Sequence record: SRR31156797_1603
Reading direction: 5' to 3' (one strand)
DNA length: 63,605 nt
Positions 10,630-20,553 of the stretch are shown in pieces. Each line of letters opens with the position of its first letter. Position 1 is the first letter of the stretch. A program made the translations under genes and the position numbers. The notes beneath the pieces were generated by a model. The model saw nothing but the letters and a program-made list of their open reading frames with translations. It searched no databases and was not told the DNA's origin.

Positions 10630-12792
10630 ATGGATTGGAAACACATCCTTCACAAAATAAAGACCGGTTGGCTGACCTTTTGGCGCTGGTTAAAACCGTA
10701 TTTGCAGCAATTTCATCAATGGCGCAAGCGGGTTTGGAAAAAATACCACGTAAATAAAATTTTTATTTTACTTAGTTTAGTTGCTATCTTAATCATGAGC
10801 GGGTATTTATTTTATATCGCCAAAAATACGAAAGTCAGTGAATTAGAGTCAGGTCTGAAAGAATCGACGGTGATTTTTGATGCCAATGGTGATGAAGCAG
10901 GGCAGTTGTACTCGCAAAAAGGCACGTACGTTTCTCTTGATGCCATCTCCAGTGATGTGGTTAACGCTTTGATCTCAACTGAAGACCGCAACTTCTATAA
11001 TCACCACGGGTTTGATATCAAAGGGATCGCTCGGGCAGCCCTACGTCTGCTGGTCAACCGCAGTGCCGAAGGCGGTGGGGGAAGTACCATCACCCAGCAG
11101 CTTGCTAAAAATGCCTATCTGTCCTTGGATCAAACCTTTAGTCGAAAAGCCAAGGAGCTTTTCTTAGCGATCGAGATCGAGAAGAAATATTCTAAAGATG
11201 AGATTTTAGAAATGTATTTGAACAGTTCCTATTTCGGCAACGGGGTTTGGGGCATTCAAGATGCCTCGCTAAAATATTTCGGTGTCAATGCTTCTGAACT
11301 AAGCGTGGGAGAAGCTGCGACGTTGGTGGGGATGCTCAAAGGTCCTTCGATCTATAACCCGATCGACAATCTGGAAAACGCCACGAACCGTCGCGACACC
11401 GTCTTGAGTTTGATGGTGGATAACGGCAAGTTGGACCAGTCCGTTGCTGACCAAGAATCACAAGTTGCCTTAGCCAATTTACTTTATGATGGATTTGGCA
11501 ATTCAGAATCTGGCTATAAGTATCCTTATTATTTCGATGCGGTCATCGACGAAGCCGAATCCTATGGGTTGGACGCCGATGATGTCATGAATCGCGGCTA
11601 CAAGATCTATACAGCCCTGGATCAAAACTACCAAGCACAAATGGAAGCTGCCTATAAAAACGATGCCTTGTTCCCTGAAAATGCCGCTGATGGCACGATG
11701 GTGCAATCTGGCTCTGTCGCACTTGATCCGAATACCGGTGGGGTGCAAGCGGTGGTGGGTCGTCGTGGTGAGCACGTCTTTAGAGGATTTAATTTTGCCA
11801 CGCAAATGAAACGTTCACCAGGTTCCACGATCAAACCGATCAGCGTCTTCGCCCCTGCCCTAGAAGCTGGGTTTGAACCGGACAGTGTCTTGAAAGACGA
11901 GCCCCTTGATTTTTATGATGCTCAAAACTTTGACGGGACCTATGCTGGCGAAGCAGTCATGTACCAAGCCCTCGCCCAAAGTTTGAATCTGCCAGCAGTT
12001 TGGCTGCTGCATGAGATCGGCTTAGATCGCGGGTATAGCAAAGCACAAGAATTCGGTCTTTCCTTGACCGAAGCCGACAAATATTATGGCTTAGCATTAG
12101 GTGGTTTGGAAAAAGGGGAATCTCCAATGACGATGGCAGCAGCGTATGGCGTTTTCGCTAATGGCGGGTATTACTACAAACCGCATTTGATCACCAAAAT
12201 CGTTGATTCAACTGGTGCCGTGATCGTTGACAATACGTCTGTGCAAGGCAAACGCGTGATTTCTAAAGAGACCGCTGATAAAATGACGAGCATGATGCTA
12301 GGAACCTTCTCTAACGGGACGGGGGTTAGTGCTAGTCCGTACGGCTTTACGATCGCCGGTAAGACGGGTACGACAGAGACCAACTTTGATGCTTCTAAGG
12401 TCAATGACCAATGGATCGTCGGCTATACTCCTGATATGGTTCTGTCAACCTGGCTAGGATTTGAACATGTGAGTGAAGATCATTACTTAACGGGAACTAG
12501 CGGACAAGTTGTTGGGAAAATATTTAAAGCAGAGGCCGAAAGCTTACTGCCTTATAGTCAAGGCACCCAATTCCAAGTTGCAGACGCTTATTGGACAGGC
12601 GGAAAATTAATGGCAGCCGATGAGGTACCAGATCCTGATAGCAGTACGTCACAAAATAGCAATGATTGGCAACAAACCATCGATGACTTTGCCGAAAGCG
12701 CCAAAGAAGGTATGAAGGAATTCGGCAGCAAGATCAAAGAAGGAACGAAAGAATTGTTTGGCGGCTTGTGGAATTCCATTAGTGGAAATTAA
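10630..12792 (+). CDS. pbpF: class A penicillin-binding protein (PBP2A/PbpF type)
   Basis: N-terminal TM; transglycosylase motifs EDRNFY, GSTITQQL and RKAKE; transpeptidase motifs STIK, SLN and KTG. Confidence 0.9.
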   Translation: MDWKHILHKIKTGWLTFWRWLKPYLQQFHQWRKRVWKKYHVNKIFILLSLVAILIMSGYLFYIAKNTKVSELESGLKESTVIFDANGDEAGQLYSQKGTYVSLDAISSDVVNALISTEDRNFYNHHGFDIKGIARAALRLLVNRSAEGGGGSTITQQLAKNAYLSLDQTFSRKAKELFLAIEIEKKYSKDEILEMYLNSSYFGNGVWGIQDASLKYFGVNASELSVGEAATLVGMLKGPSIYNPIDNLENATNRRDTVLSLMVDNGKLDQSVADQESQVALANLLYDGFGNSESGYKYPYYFDAVIDEAESYGLDADDVMNRGYKIYTALDQNYQAQMEAAYKNDALFPENAADGTMVQSGSVALDPNTGGVQAVVGRRGEHVFRGFNFATQMKRSPGSTIKPISVFAPALEAGFEPDSVLKDEPLDFYDAQNFDGTYAGEAVMYQALAQSLNLPAVWLLHEIGLDRGYSKAQEFGLSLTEADKYYGLALGGLEKGESPMTMAAAYGVFANGGYYYKPHLITKIVDSTGAVIVDNTSVQGKRVISKETADKMTSMMLGTFSNGTGVSASPYGFTIAGKTGTTETNFDASKVNDQWIVGYTPDMVLSTWLGFEHVSEDHYLTGTSGQVVGKIFKAEAESLLPYSQGTQFQVADAYWTGGKLMAADEVPDPDSSTSQNSNDWQQTIDDFAESAKEGMKEFGSKIKEGTKELFGGLWNSISGN

Positions 12793-12862
12793 AGGAATTA
12801 GGCAACTGCTAGTCTAGAACCTGAGAAGAATGGTATACTAGAAAAAAAGAGGAGGCGTCAAA

Positions 12863-13204
12863 ATGGCAAATATTTATGATACAGCAAACCAATTAGAACG
12901 TGAATTACGGGAGTCAGAACAATTTCAAGATCTGAAAGGTTCTTTCGACCGTTTGAAAGCAAATGAAGAAGCGTACGCGTTATTCAAAGAGTTTCAAGAG
13001 TTGCAACAAAGCCTGCAACAAAAAATGATGGCTGGCGAAGAAATGACGGAAGAAGAAGCGCAAAAAGCCCAAGAATTATCGCAAAAAATTCAACAAGACG
13101 GCATCGTTTCTGACTTGATGCAAAAAGAGCAAGCCTTCAGTTTAGTGGCCAATGACTTGAACCGCATCATCATGGGTCCTGTAAGAGATCTATACGAAGC
13201 GTAA
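12863..13204 (+). CDS. YlbF/YheA-family regulator
   Basis: [17 protein letters not shown]-terminus; usual position between pbp2A and yhaO. Confidence 0.9.
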   Translation: MANIYDTANQLERELRESEQFQDLKGSFDRLKANEEAYALFKEFQELQQSLQQKMMAGEEMTEEEAQKAQELSQKIQQDGIVSDLMQKEQAFSLVANDLNRIIMGPVRDLYEA

Positions 13205-13322
13205 TCGCCAACAAACAAAGACCAAAGAAGCAAGTGAAACTTCAGAGAAATCGGCTGCAACTGCAAGAGTCGTTTCCAAAGAAGTTTCAAAAGCGCTTCT
13301 TTGGTTTTTTTTATGAAAAAGG

Positions 13323-13336
13323 CGAACAAATTTTCG
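13323..13336. promoter_or_regulatory. putative LexA (SOS) box for yhaO-yhaN-yhaM
   Basis: CGAACAAATTTTCG has one mismatch to CGAAC-N4-GTTCG and lies just upstream of the CTGACG-17-TATGAT promoter. Confidence 0.6.
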
Positions 13337-13397
13337 TATTTTGCTGACGAAATGACTGATAAATGTTATGATAGAAGCATTAAGGAGGGAGAAAGAA

Positions 13398-14588
13398 ATG
13401 CGATTTTTACATAGTGCAGACCTGCATATCGACCGGTCATTTGAAGGGGTCCATCTGTTATCTGAAAAAGTGAAGACCCAACTCCCTGCTATCAATCAAA
13501 AAATCATCCGTAATTTGGTGGATGTTGCTTTAGAAAAAGCGGTCGATTTTGTTTTGCTGGCTGGGGATACATTCCATCAAGCACGGCCGAGTCTAAAAGT
13601 GCAGCATGACTTTTTTGCCCAACTGCAACGACTGGGAGAAGCAGAGATCCCAGTCTATATGATTTTCGGCAACCATGATTATTATGATCCGCAACGGTAT
13701 TGGTTTGCTTTTCCAGAAAACGTCATTCTCTTCTCATCGGAAGAAGTTCAAACGGTACAAGGAACGACGAAAAACGGTGAAACCTATGCAATCAGTGGAT
13801 TTAGCTACCAACATCCTTGGATCGCTGAAAATAAAGTAACAGAATTTCCCGCAAGAGCAGCGGTGGATTACCATATTGGGCTTTACCACGGGGATCAAGC
13901 CGGTGAACGGTATGCCCCCTTTTCAATCAGTGAAATGAAGCAAAAAGGCTATGATTATTGGGGCTTGGGGCACATCCATGTACCTAAGACGCTCTCAGAG
14001 CAACCACCGATCCTCTATCCCGGTACGCCTCAAGGAAAGACCAAGAAAGAGCAGGCGACTGGGGTGATTTTGGCAGAATTATCGCCACAAGGACCAACAA
14101 TCGAGCGCTTGGAGATCGCGGAAATCGCTTGGCAAAAGCAAGTGGTCTCCTTAGCGGATGTGACCGCCTCGAATGCCGTATTGCCAGCGATCATCGAGCG
14201 CTTAAAAAGTCCTCGTTCGCGCTTGCTGCATCTGGTGTTGACCGATGTGCAGCAGCTGCCGCCAGATTGGTTTCCAGCTGCGGAAAAAAATGAATGGCCG
14301 ACCTACCTCAATGAACGGTTGGCACAAACAGAGCCGCTGCAAGTAATCTATGCCCTTGAAGTCGAGCAAGCCAATGAAGACAAGATCGCATTGGCGGTAC
14401 CACAAGACTATATGCTGCAGTTTTTAGCGATGTATGAGTCACCAGAGATCTTTGCGGACCGACTGTCCGATCTATTGCAGCATCCGCTGATCCAGCGGGG
14501 GATCACCCATGAATCATTTCAAGAAGAAGTCTTGCAGCAAGCCAAGCAATTGTTGAAAGACGACTTTCAATGGGAGGAGCAGTCATGA
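13398..14588 (+). CDS. yhaO: SbcD/Mre11-like metallophosphoesterase
   Basis: HSADLH, AGD, GNHD and LGHIH motifs. Confidence 0.9.
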   Translation: MRFLHSADLHIDRSFEGVHLLSEKVKTQLPAINQKIIRNLVDVALEKAVDFVLLAGDTFHQARPSLKVQHDFFAQLQRLGEAEIPVYMIFGNHDYYDPQRYWFAFPENVILFSSEEVQTVQGTTKNGETYAISGFSYQHPWIAENKVTEFPARAAVDYHIGLYHGDQAGERYAPFSISEMKQKGYDYWGLGHIHVPKTLSEQPPILYPGTPQGKTKKEQATGVILAELSPQGPTIERLEIAEIAWQKQVVSLADVTASNAVLPAIIERLKSPRSRLLHLVLTDVQQLPPDWFPAAEKNEWPTYLNERLAQTEPLQVIYALEVEQANEDKIALAVPQDYMLQFLAMYESPEIFADRLSDLLQHPLIQRGITHESFQEEVLQQAKQLLKDDFQWEEQS

Positions 14589-17260
14589 GAATTTTAAAAG
14601 CAGAGATTACCGGTTTTGGGAAATACCATGAACAAAGCTTTGCCTTTCATCCGCAAAATCAGCTGCTCTTTGGGCACAACGAGATCGGAAAATCGACGTT
14701 GTATCAATTTATTGCCGCCATCTTATTTGGCTTTCCGAAAAAGACAGCCAAGAAAAAAGACTATACCCCCAAAAACGGTGCAGCTTACGGTGGCAAGTTA
14801 TGGTTGGCTCTGGAACCCTTCGGCGAAGTGATCGTGGAACGCTATCGGCATGTAGACCGCGGTCGTGCCAAAGTCCATGTCGCTGGTCAGACGGTCGATG
14901 AGCAATGGCTGGCACAACACCTGCAGCCCCTCAATCGAGCATTGTTCTTCGATGTCTTTACCTTTCAGCAAGAGCAATTGACCCAGATCGATAAGCTAGA
15001 AGAAAATGAGCTGCACCAAGCGTTGATTTCTCTGGGAATCAGCGGCAGTCAAAAAATGCTGCAGCAAGTGGCACAATATGAAACCATCAATCAGCAGCAA
15101 TACAAGCCACGGGGGCAAAAGCTGCCTTTGAATCAGGCGTTAAAACAATTAGAAAAACTGCAAAAAACGATTGCGGAAAAAGAAAGCGAAGAAAGCCGCA
15201 TCCAACAGCAGTATCAGCAGATCGCCCAGTTGCAAGAACAGATCCAAGACTTGCGACACCAGTTTCAAGCATTGAATGAAGCCTATCAGGAAAATCAGCA
15301 GCAGCTGAGTCATTGGGGGCTTTATGAAGAGTGGCAGCAAATGGCACCAGCAGATACGTTAGCCGATCCTCAGCAAGTCCAAGCCATCAAACAGTTTTAT
15401 CAGCAGTATCAGCAGCTGACGGAAGAAATTCGCAAAAAAGAAGCTGAATTAGATCAGTTGGAGCAAGGAAAAGAATCAGATAAGTATTTCTTTTACCTTG
15501 ATCACGAGCACCAAATCAATCACTTGCTGCAGCAGCAAGTGACGATGGCGCGTTTGGCAGATCGTGAAGCAGCGGCCAATCGTCAAGAAGCCGTCGCCAT
15601 CACGGAGCTGAATCGCTTGGTCGAAAAGCGCCAATGGAGCAGAGAATCGCCGCCGCTAGTAACGGCTTCGATCCATGAACAAACCACACGTTTACTACAA
15701 GAACGTGTGCAGTTAGAAGAGCTCGAAAAGCGCATGATGCGTTTAGAAGAAAAAGCGCAGCCTTTGCAAGCCACCGCAGCTCGCTTAGAACAGCAGCATC
15801 CTCAATTGATTGGCCGCAAGCCGGTTTCTCGCTCGCTATGGCCGCTAGGGATCGTCGGTGGGCTGCTAGTAGTGATCGGTATCTTTTTGCCGAGTCCGTG
15901 GCGCTGGCTTGCTCTAGGTGTAGGGATCGCAGCGATCATTGGCAGTGTTTTGCCGTTGATGAAAGCAGCGCCAAACAAACAGCAAGGCATCAAACAGGAA
16001 TGGCAGACGGTTCTCATGCAGCTGGATCTGCTGGGAGAAGAGTTGGCGCAGCTGGGAAATGAACAGCAGCAAAAGCAGCAGCAGATCGATCGTGCCCACC
16101 AAGCCCTGACACCCTTTTTTGGTAATTTGCCGGTGGAAAGCTGGCAGTCGTATTTATTAGCCTATGATGAAGATGTTGCTAGCTATCAAGCCTACTCACA
16201 GCAGCGCAAACAAGCCTATCAAGAACGGCAAGCCGTCGCAGAAGAACTGGCCCCCTTTGACGAGCAGTTCCGACCTTATGCTGAGTGGCTGCCGTTGCAA
16301 AACAAAACCTTGTTAGAAAAAGCAGCGATCTTGCAGAGGTTTAATGAAGAGATGCAAACAATCAAGCTTTCACGACTGCAACAACCTAGCACGCTGCTGG
16401 CCCAACAGTTGACCCGCACCCGCAATGAACGCGACCAGCTGCTTTCCCAGGCCAGTGATCTCTTGCAGCAACAAGGCTTAGATCACCCTGCAGAAATCAG
16501 CCTCTGGTTGAAGCAATGGGAAGCGGCGCAACGCACGCAGCAGCGAGCAGAAGAATTGGCGGTGATGTTAACACCGATTTATCCTAAACCAGTGACGCAA
16601 GCAGAATTGCTGCAGCAAAAAGACCAGATCAAGCAGCAGCAAACACAGCTTCAGGCACAAATACAGCAGTTGACGGAGCAAAAACAGCGTTTGGAATTAG
16701 AAGCAGCAGCTAGTCAAAAAAATGGCACCTTGAATCAGCTTTATCAAGAAGAAAGTGAGCTAAAGGCGGTCATTGAAGAACTTGCTGTGGCATGGGGGAG
16801 TCGTCAGTTGGCGGCTTCGATTTTAACGGATGTCACGACCGAGTTGTCAGAACAGCAATTGCCGCAGCTATTGTCGGCTGCTTCAACCTATTTTGAACAG
16901 CTATCAAACGGACGTTATCAAAAGATTCTTTTGGAAAATGGCTTGTTGGTAGCGGCAAATGCCAGCGAGACGTTTTCGATCATCGACCTGTCCACAGGCA
17001 CGAAGGATCAGTTAATCATGGCGTTACGCTTCGGTTATCTAGCACTGCAAAAAAATCACCCATTGTGTCCAATCATTATTGATGATGGTTGGCTGCATTA
17101 TGATAGTGTTCGTAAGGAACGGTTTGCCGCACTGTTAAAAGAGTTTGGGCAAAGTTATCAAGTAATTTGTTTGTCTTCTGACCAAGAAATGGTAAGCTAT
17201 TATCAGAAGTACCAGCAGCCTATCCAGGATCTGAGTAAAGGAAGTGAAAGATTTGGCTGA
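14585..17260 (+). CDS. yhaN: SbcC/Rad50-like ATPase with coiled coils and an internal TM pair
   Basis: GHNEIGKST Walker A, LSTGTKDQL signature, IIDD Walker B; overlaps the yhaO stop. Confidence 0.88.
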   Translation: MRILKAEITGFGKYHEQSFAFHPQNQLLFGHNEIGKSTLYQFIAAILFGFPKKTAKKKDYTPKNGAAYGGKLWLALEPFGEVIVERYRHVDRGRAKVHVAGQTVDEQWLAQHLQPLNRALFFDVFTFQQEQLTQIDKLEENELHQALISLGISGSQKMLQQVAQYETINQQQYKPRGQKLPLNQALKQLEKLQKTIAEKESEESRIQQQYQQIAQLQEQIQDLRHQFQALNEAYQENQQQLSHWGLYEEWQQMAPADTLADPQQVQAIKQFYQQYQQLTEEIRKKEAELDQLEQGKESDKYFFYLDHEHQINHLLQQQVTMARLADREAAANRQEAVAITELNRLVEKRQWSRESPPLVTASIHEQTTRLLQERVQLEELEKRMMRLEEKAQPLQATAARLEQQHPQLIGRKPVSRSLWPLGIVGGLLVVIGIFLPSPWRWLALGVGIAAIIGSVLPLMKAAPNKQQGIKQEWQTVLMQLDLLGEELAQLGNEQQQKQQQIDRAHQALTPFFGNLPVESWQSYLLAYDEDVASYQAYSQQRKQAYQERQAVAEELAPFDEQFRPYAEWLPLQNKTLLEKAAILQRFNEEMQTIKLSRLQQPSTLLAQQLTRTRNERDQLLSQASDLLQQQGLDHPAEISLWLKQWEAAQRTQQRAEELAVMLTPIYPKPVTQAELLQQKDQIKQQQTQLQAQIQQLTEQKQRLELEAAASQKNGTLNQLYQEESELKAVIEELAVAWGSRQLAASILTDVTTELSEQQLPQLLSAASTYFEQLSNGRYQKILLENGLLVAANASETFSIIDLSTGTKDQLIMALRFGYLALQKNHPLCPIIIDDGWLHYDSVRKERFAALLKEFGQSYQVICLSSDQEMVSYYQKYQQPIQDLSKGSERFG

Positions 17261-17276
17261 TCGGCCAAATAAGCCC

Positions 17277-18221
17277 ATGAAAAAAATTCGTGAATTAACT
17301 GTTGATGAAACGTTTCAACTTTTCTTGCTGATCAAGAATGCCGATGTGCGGATCGCGAAAAACGGCAAAAAATTTATTGCCTTCACCTTTCAAGATACAT
17401 CCGGCACGATCGACGGAAAGTTCTGGGATGCATCAGATGAAGAAATCGCCCGTTTTGAACCCGGGAAAGTAGTACTGCTAGATGGAAAACGGGAGGTCTA
17501 CCAAGGCAATCCGCAAGTCAAAATCATGCATTTGCGTTTAGCGAAACCGGAAGAGCCCCATGAACCAAGCCAATACATGGAAAAAGCACCCTTGCGAAAA
17601 GAAGAGATGGAAGAAGAAATCAGTCAAACCTTGTTTGAGATCACGAATCCTCACTGGAATCGAATCGTCCGTTTCTTACTGAACAAGTATAAAAAGGAAT
17701 TCTTTGACTTTCCAGCTGCGAAGCGCAATCACCATGCCTTCGCCAGTGGATTGGCGTATCATACGACCACTATGCTGCGGTTAGGAAAAGCAATCGTCAA
17801 AGAGTACCCTGAATTGAATGCTTCACTACTGTATGCGGGTATCATTTTGCATGATTTAGGAAAAGTGATCGAGTTGACAGGTCCGATGACGACAGAGTAT
17901 ACCTTGGCGGGGAATCTAGTAGGGCATTTGGTCTTAGTGGATGAAGAAATCACGCAAGCCTGTATGGCTTTGAAATTTGATGACAAAGAAGAAGATATCG
18001 TTGTTTTGCGGCATATGGTTTTAGCCCACCATGGCTTATTAGAATATGGGTCACCTGTTCGCCCCCGCATAATGGAAGCGGAGATCCTCCATCAAATCGA
18101 TAATTTGGATGCTTCCATGCAAATGATGCTGACGTCGATTCGTTTAACGGAACCTGGTCAATACACAGACCGAATTTTTGGCATGGACAATCGGAGTTTT
18201 TATGTACCGAAAGAAGTGTAG
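17277..18221 (+). CDS. yhaM: 3'-5' exoribonuclease YhaM (Cbf)
   Basis: OB fold plus HD domain (HHAF, LHDLGK, HHG). The start is ambiguous (17244, 17253 or 17277). Confidence 0.93.
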   Translation: MKKIRELTVDETFQLFLLIKNADVRIAKNGKKFIAFTFQDTSGTIDGKFWDASDEEIARFEPGKVVLLDGKREVYQGNPQVKIMHLRLAKPEEPHEPSQYMEKAPLRKEEMEEEISQTLFEITNPHWNRIVRFLLNKYKKEFFDFPAAKRNHHAFASGLAYHTTTMLRLGKAIVKEYPELNASLLYAGIILHDLGKVIELTGPMTTEYTLAGNLVGHLVLVDEEITQACMALKFDDKEEDIVVLRHMVLAHHGLLEYGSPVRPRIMEAEILHQIDNLDASMQMMLTSIRLTEPGQYTDRIFGMDNRSFYVPKEV

Positions 18222-18267
18222 CGGTGACCTTGTAGCACGATCAACCAAAGTGAATGACGGAAAGAAC

Positions 18268-18302
18268 AAAAAACCACGCTAGGCTTGCTTAGCGTGGTTT
18301 TT
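18268..18302 (+). terminator. terminator after yhaM
   Basis: AAAACCACGCTA/TAGCGTGGTTTT stem. Confidence 0.75.
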
Positions 18303-18351
18303 CAGATGTTGGAAAAAGTAGCTGAATCGGCAATATTAACCTAATTAGCAT

Positions 18352-18388
18352 AAAAAAAGAAGCGCCGTTACGACGGCACTTCTTTTTT
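18352..18388 (-). terminator. terminator after prsA
   Basis: AAAAAAGAAGCGCCGT/ACGGCACTTCTTTTTT stem. Confidence 0.75.
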
Positions 18389-18391
18389 CGT

Positions 18392-19426
18392 TTATTCAGC
18401 AGAAGAATCTGTAGCACTTTCACTCGTTGCAGTAGAATCATCGGTTGCATCAGTAGCAGAAGAATCTGCCGCTGAGCTGTCCGTTGCATCGGTAGCAGAA
18501 GAGTCAGCAGTTGAATCTTCTGTTTCAGCCGCTGTGATGTAATCAGAAAGCAAGTCTGCTAAGTCAGAGTCTTTCATTTTCACATTAGCTGCTTGCAATT
18601 CTTGACCGATCGTTGCTGCCATAAAGGTTGAATCATTCAACAAAGTGTTTTGAGCAATTTCAGTCAATTCATCTTTGTATTTATCCATATCATTGCCTTT
18701 GTCTTGGTTTTTCACCATTTTCACGATATAGTATTCCGTCGTGTAAGTTGACGTGTTGGTTGCAGAGATCACTTCAGAGATTTCACCATCTTTTAAATCA
18801 AAAGCGGCTGTTTTTACTTCACTTGGTACAGCTGATGAAGTAGAATCGAATTTGATCGTTCCGCCATCTTCTTTTGTTGCCGCATCCGTTGATTTTTCTT
18901 TAGCGATTTCGCCAAAGTCTGCATCATCTTTTTTCGCTTCTTCTAAGACGTCTTTGGCATCATCTTCACTTGCTACTTTGATGATTTGTGCTTCTACTTC
19001 AGGGTGGAAAGAATCCCAAGCAGTTTTCATGTCTTCATCAGTGATATCCATGTTGGCTTTTAAGCCTTCACGTAACGCAAGTTGTTGTTTCAAGTCTGCA
19101 CGGTAAGATTTCACCGTATAACCAGAGGCAGTCAATGTTGATTCAAAGGAATCACTGCCGCCGTATTGCTCAGCCACGTTGTTGAATTGTTCGTCGATCA
19201 TTTCTTCCGTTACGTCATCGCCGTATTTTTCATTAAAGACTTTCAAGACGATCATTTCACGCAACGCTTGTTGATTTTCTGTACTTGTTTTTGCTTTGTC
19301 ATAAAAATCTTGAACAGTGATTTTACCGCCCTTCATTGTTGCGATTTCCTCACTTGAGTTACCACAAGCCGCTAATGCAAAAAGACTCATTGCACTGACT
19401 GCTACTAAAATTAATTTTTTCTTCAT
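18392..19426 (-). CDS. prsA: foldase lipoprotein PrsA
   Basis: Lipobox LAAC, parvulin-like domain (FGEIAKEKSTD), acidic Ser/Thr/Asp repeat tail. Confidence 0.95.
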   Translation of the reverse strand: MKKKLILVAVSAMSLFALAACGNSSEEIATMKGGKITVQDFYDKAKTSTENQQALREMIVLKVFNEKYGDDVTEEMIDEQFNNVAEQYGGSDSFESTLTASGYTVKSYRADLKQQLALREGLKANMDITDEDMKTAWDSFHPEVEAQIIKVASEDDAKDVLEEAKKDDADFGEIAKEKSTDAATKEDGGTIKFDSTSSAVPSEVKTAAFDLKDGEISEVISATNTSTYTTEYYIVKMVKNQDKGNDMDKYKDELTEIAQNTLLNDSTFMAATIGQELQAANVKMKDSDLADLLSDYITAAETEDSTADSSATDATDSSAADSSATDATDDSTATSESATDSSAE

Positions 19427-19541
19427 TCGTTTAAGCACTCCTAATTCTAAAAAGTTTCATAATAATCACTGCACCTACTATACCACTTCTAGAAATGGTT
19501 GGAAAGAAAACAGCGGATGTTTCAAACAAAATTCATAAAAA

Positions 19542-19916
19542 CTACAAATTTTCGATTTGTTTGTCGTCCTCTGCGCTTTGGGCTTGAATCGTCGTGATGT
19601 GCTGATTCAATTGTTCCATTTGGGTTTTTATCCGAGCAAGGCGCGGTTGTGCTTGGAATTTGAAGGCTTCCAAATCTTTCGTGAAAGATTCGGTCACAAC
19701 TGGGATCGTTTCGTCGATCGTTTTGCGGGTTACCATCACAGCATCTTTGAGCTGTTTGACACTGTCATTGAATTCTAAGGTCGCTTCTGTCGTGTCATCT
19801 AAATAGCGAATCAATTCTTCACGGGTTTCATTGCCGCTTTTTGGTGCAAAAAGCAAACCGCCTAAGCCGCCGGCGATGGAACCGAACAAAAGTCCTTTAA
19901 GAAAATTACCGATCAT
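19542..19916 (-). CDS. YtxH-domain protein
   Basis: FLKGLLFGSIAGGLGGLLFAPKSGNETR motif. Confidence 0.85.
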   Translation of the reverse strand: MIGNFLKGLLFGSIAGGLGGLLFAPKSGNETREELIRYLDDTTEATLEFNDSVKQLKDAVMVTRKTIDETIPVVTESFTKDLEAFKFQAQPRLARIKTQMEQLNQHITTIQAQSAEDDKQIENL

Positions 19917-20342
19917 TTAGTTCACCTGCTTTCCAATTTTTTCGGCGATTGCCGCCAGCTCTTCCCCCGTGTAATTCTCTGCATGATTGCCAAAATGGAT
20001 CTTGAAATCATCGTCTTTGCTGTAGCGAGGAATCAAATGGACATGGGAATGGAAGACGGATTGGTACGCCAATTCTTTATTGTTGTTGATGATATTTAAG
20101 CCTTCGATCTCAGGGAATGCTTTTTCGATCGCCCGAGCAATCTTAGGGATACGGGCAAAAACCGCTGCTGCCAACGTTTCATCGTACTCGAAAATATCCG
20201 TCACATGCGTTTTGGGAATGACCAATGTATGACCAGGGGTGACTTGGGAAATATCTAAAAAGGCATAGACTTGCTCATCCTCGTAGACTTTGTAGCTAGG
20301 AATCTCACGATTATTGATTTTACAAAAAATACAATTTTCCAT
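19917..20342 (-). CDS. hit: HIT-family hydrolase
   Basis: CIFCKI and HSHVHLIPR histidine triad. Confidence 0.95.
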   Translation of the reverse strand: MENCIFCKINNREIPSYKVYEDEQVYAFLDISQVTPGHTLVIPKTHVTDIFEYDETLAAAVFARIPKIARAIEKAFPEIEGLNIINNNKELAYQSVFHSHVHLIPRYSKDDDFKIHFGNHAENYTGEELAAIAEKIGKQVN

Positions 20343-20553
20343 TGTAAAAAACCTCCTTGATCTATTACCTCTACTTTACCATATTTTGCTTTTTTTCGTC
20401 TGGTTTCCTCTTTGAAAAAGTCGGAACAAGGCAACTGTTCCTTCAACAAAGGCGCTTTTTTAAAGAAATGCGAAAAGCAAGCGAGAAACGCTTGCATTTA
20501 GATTCCAACAACCCTAGACTTAATATCAGAAATCATTTGGAAAGAAGGAACCT

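Noticed and set aside
14585-17260. Abundant CAG/CAA runs suggesting a repeat array
   Set aside because: Explained by the Gln-rich coiled coil of YhaN; there is no fixed repeat-spacer period.
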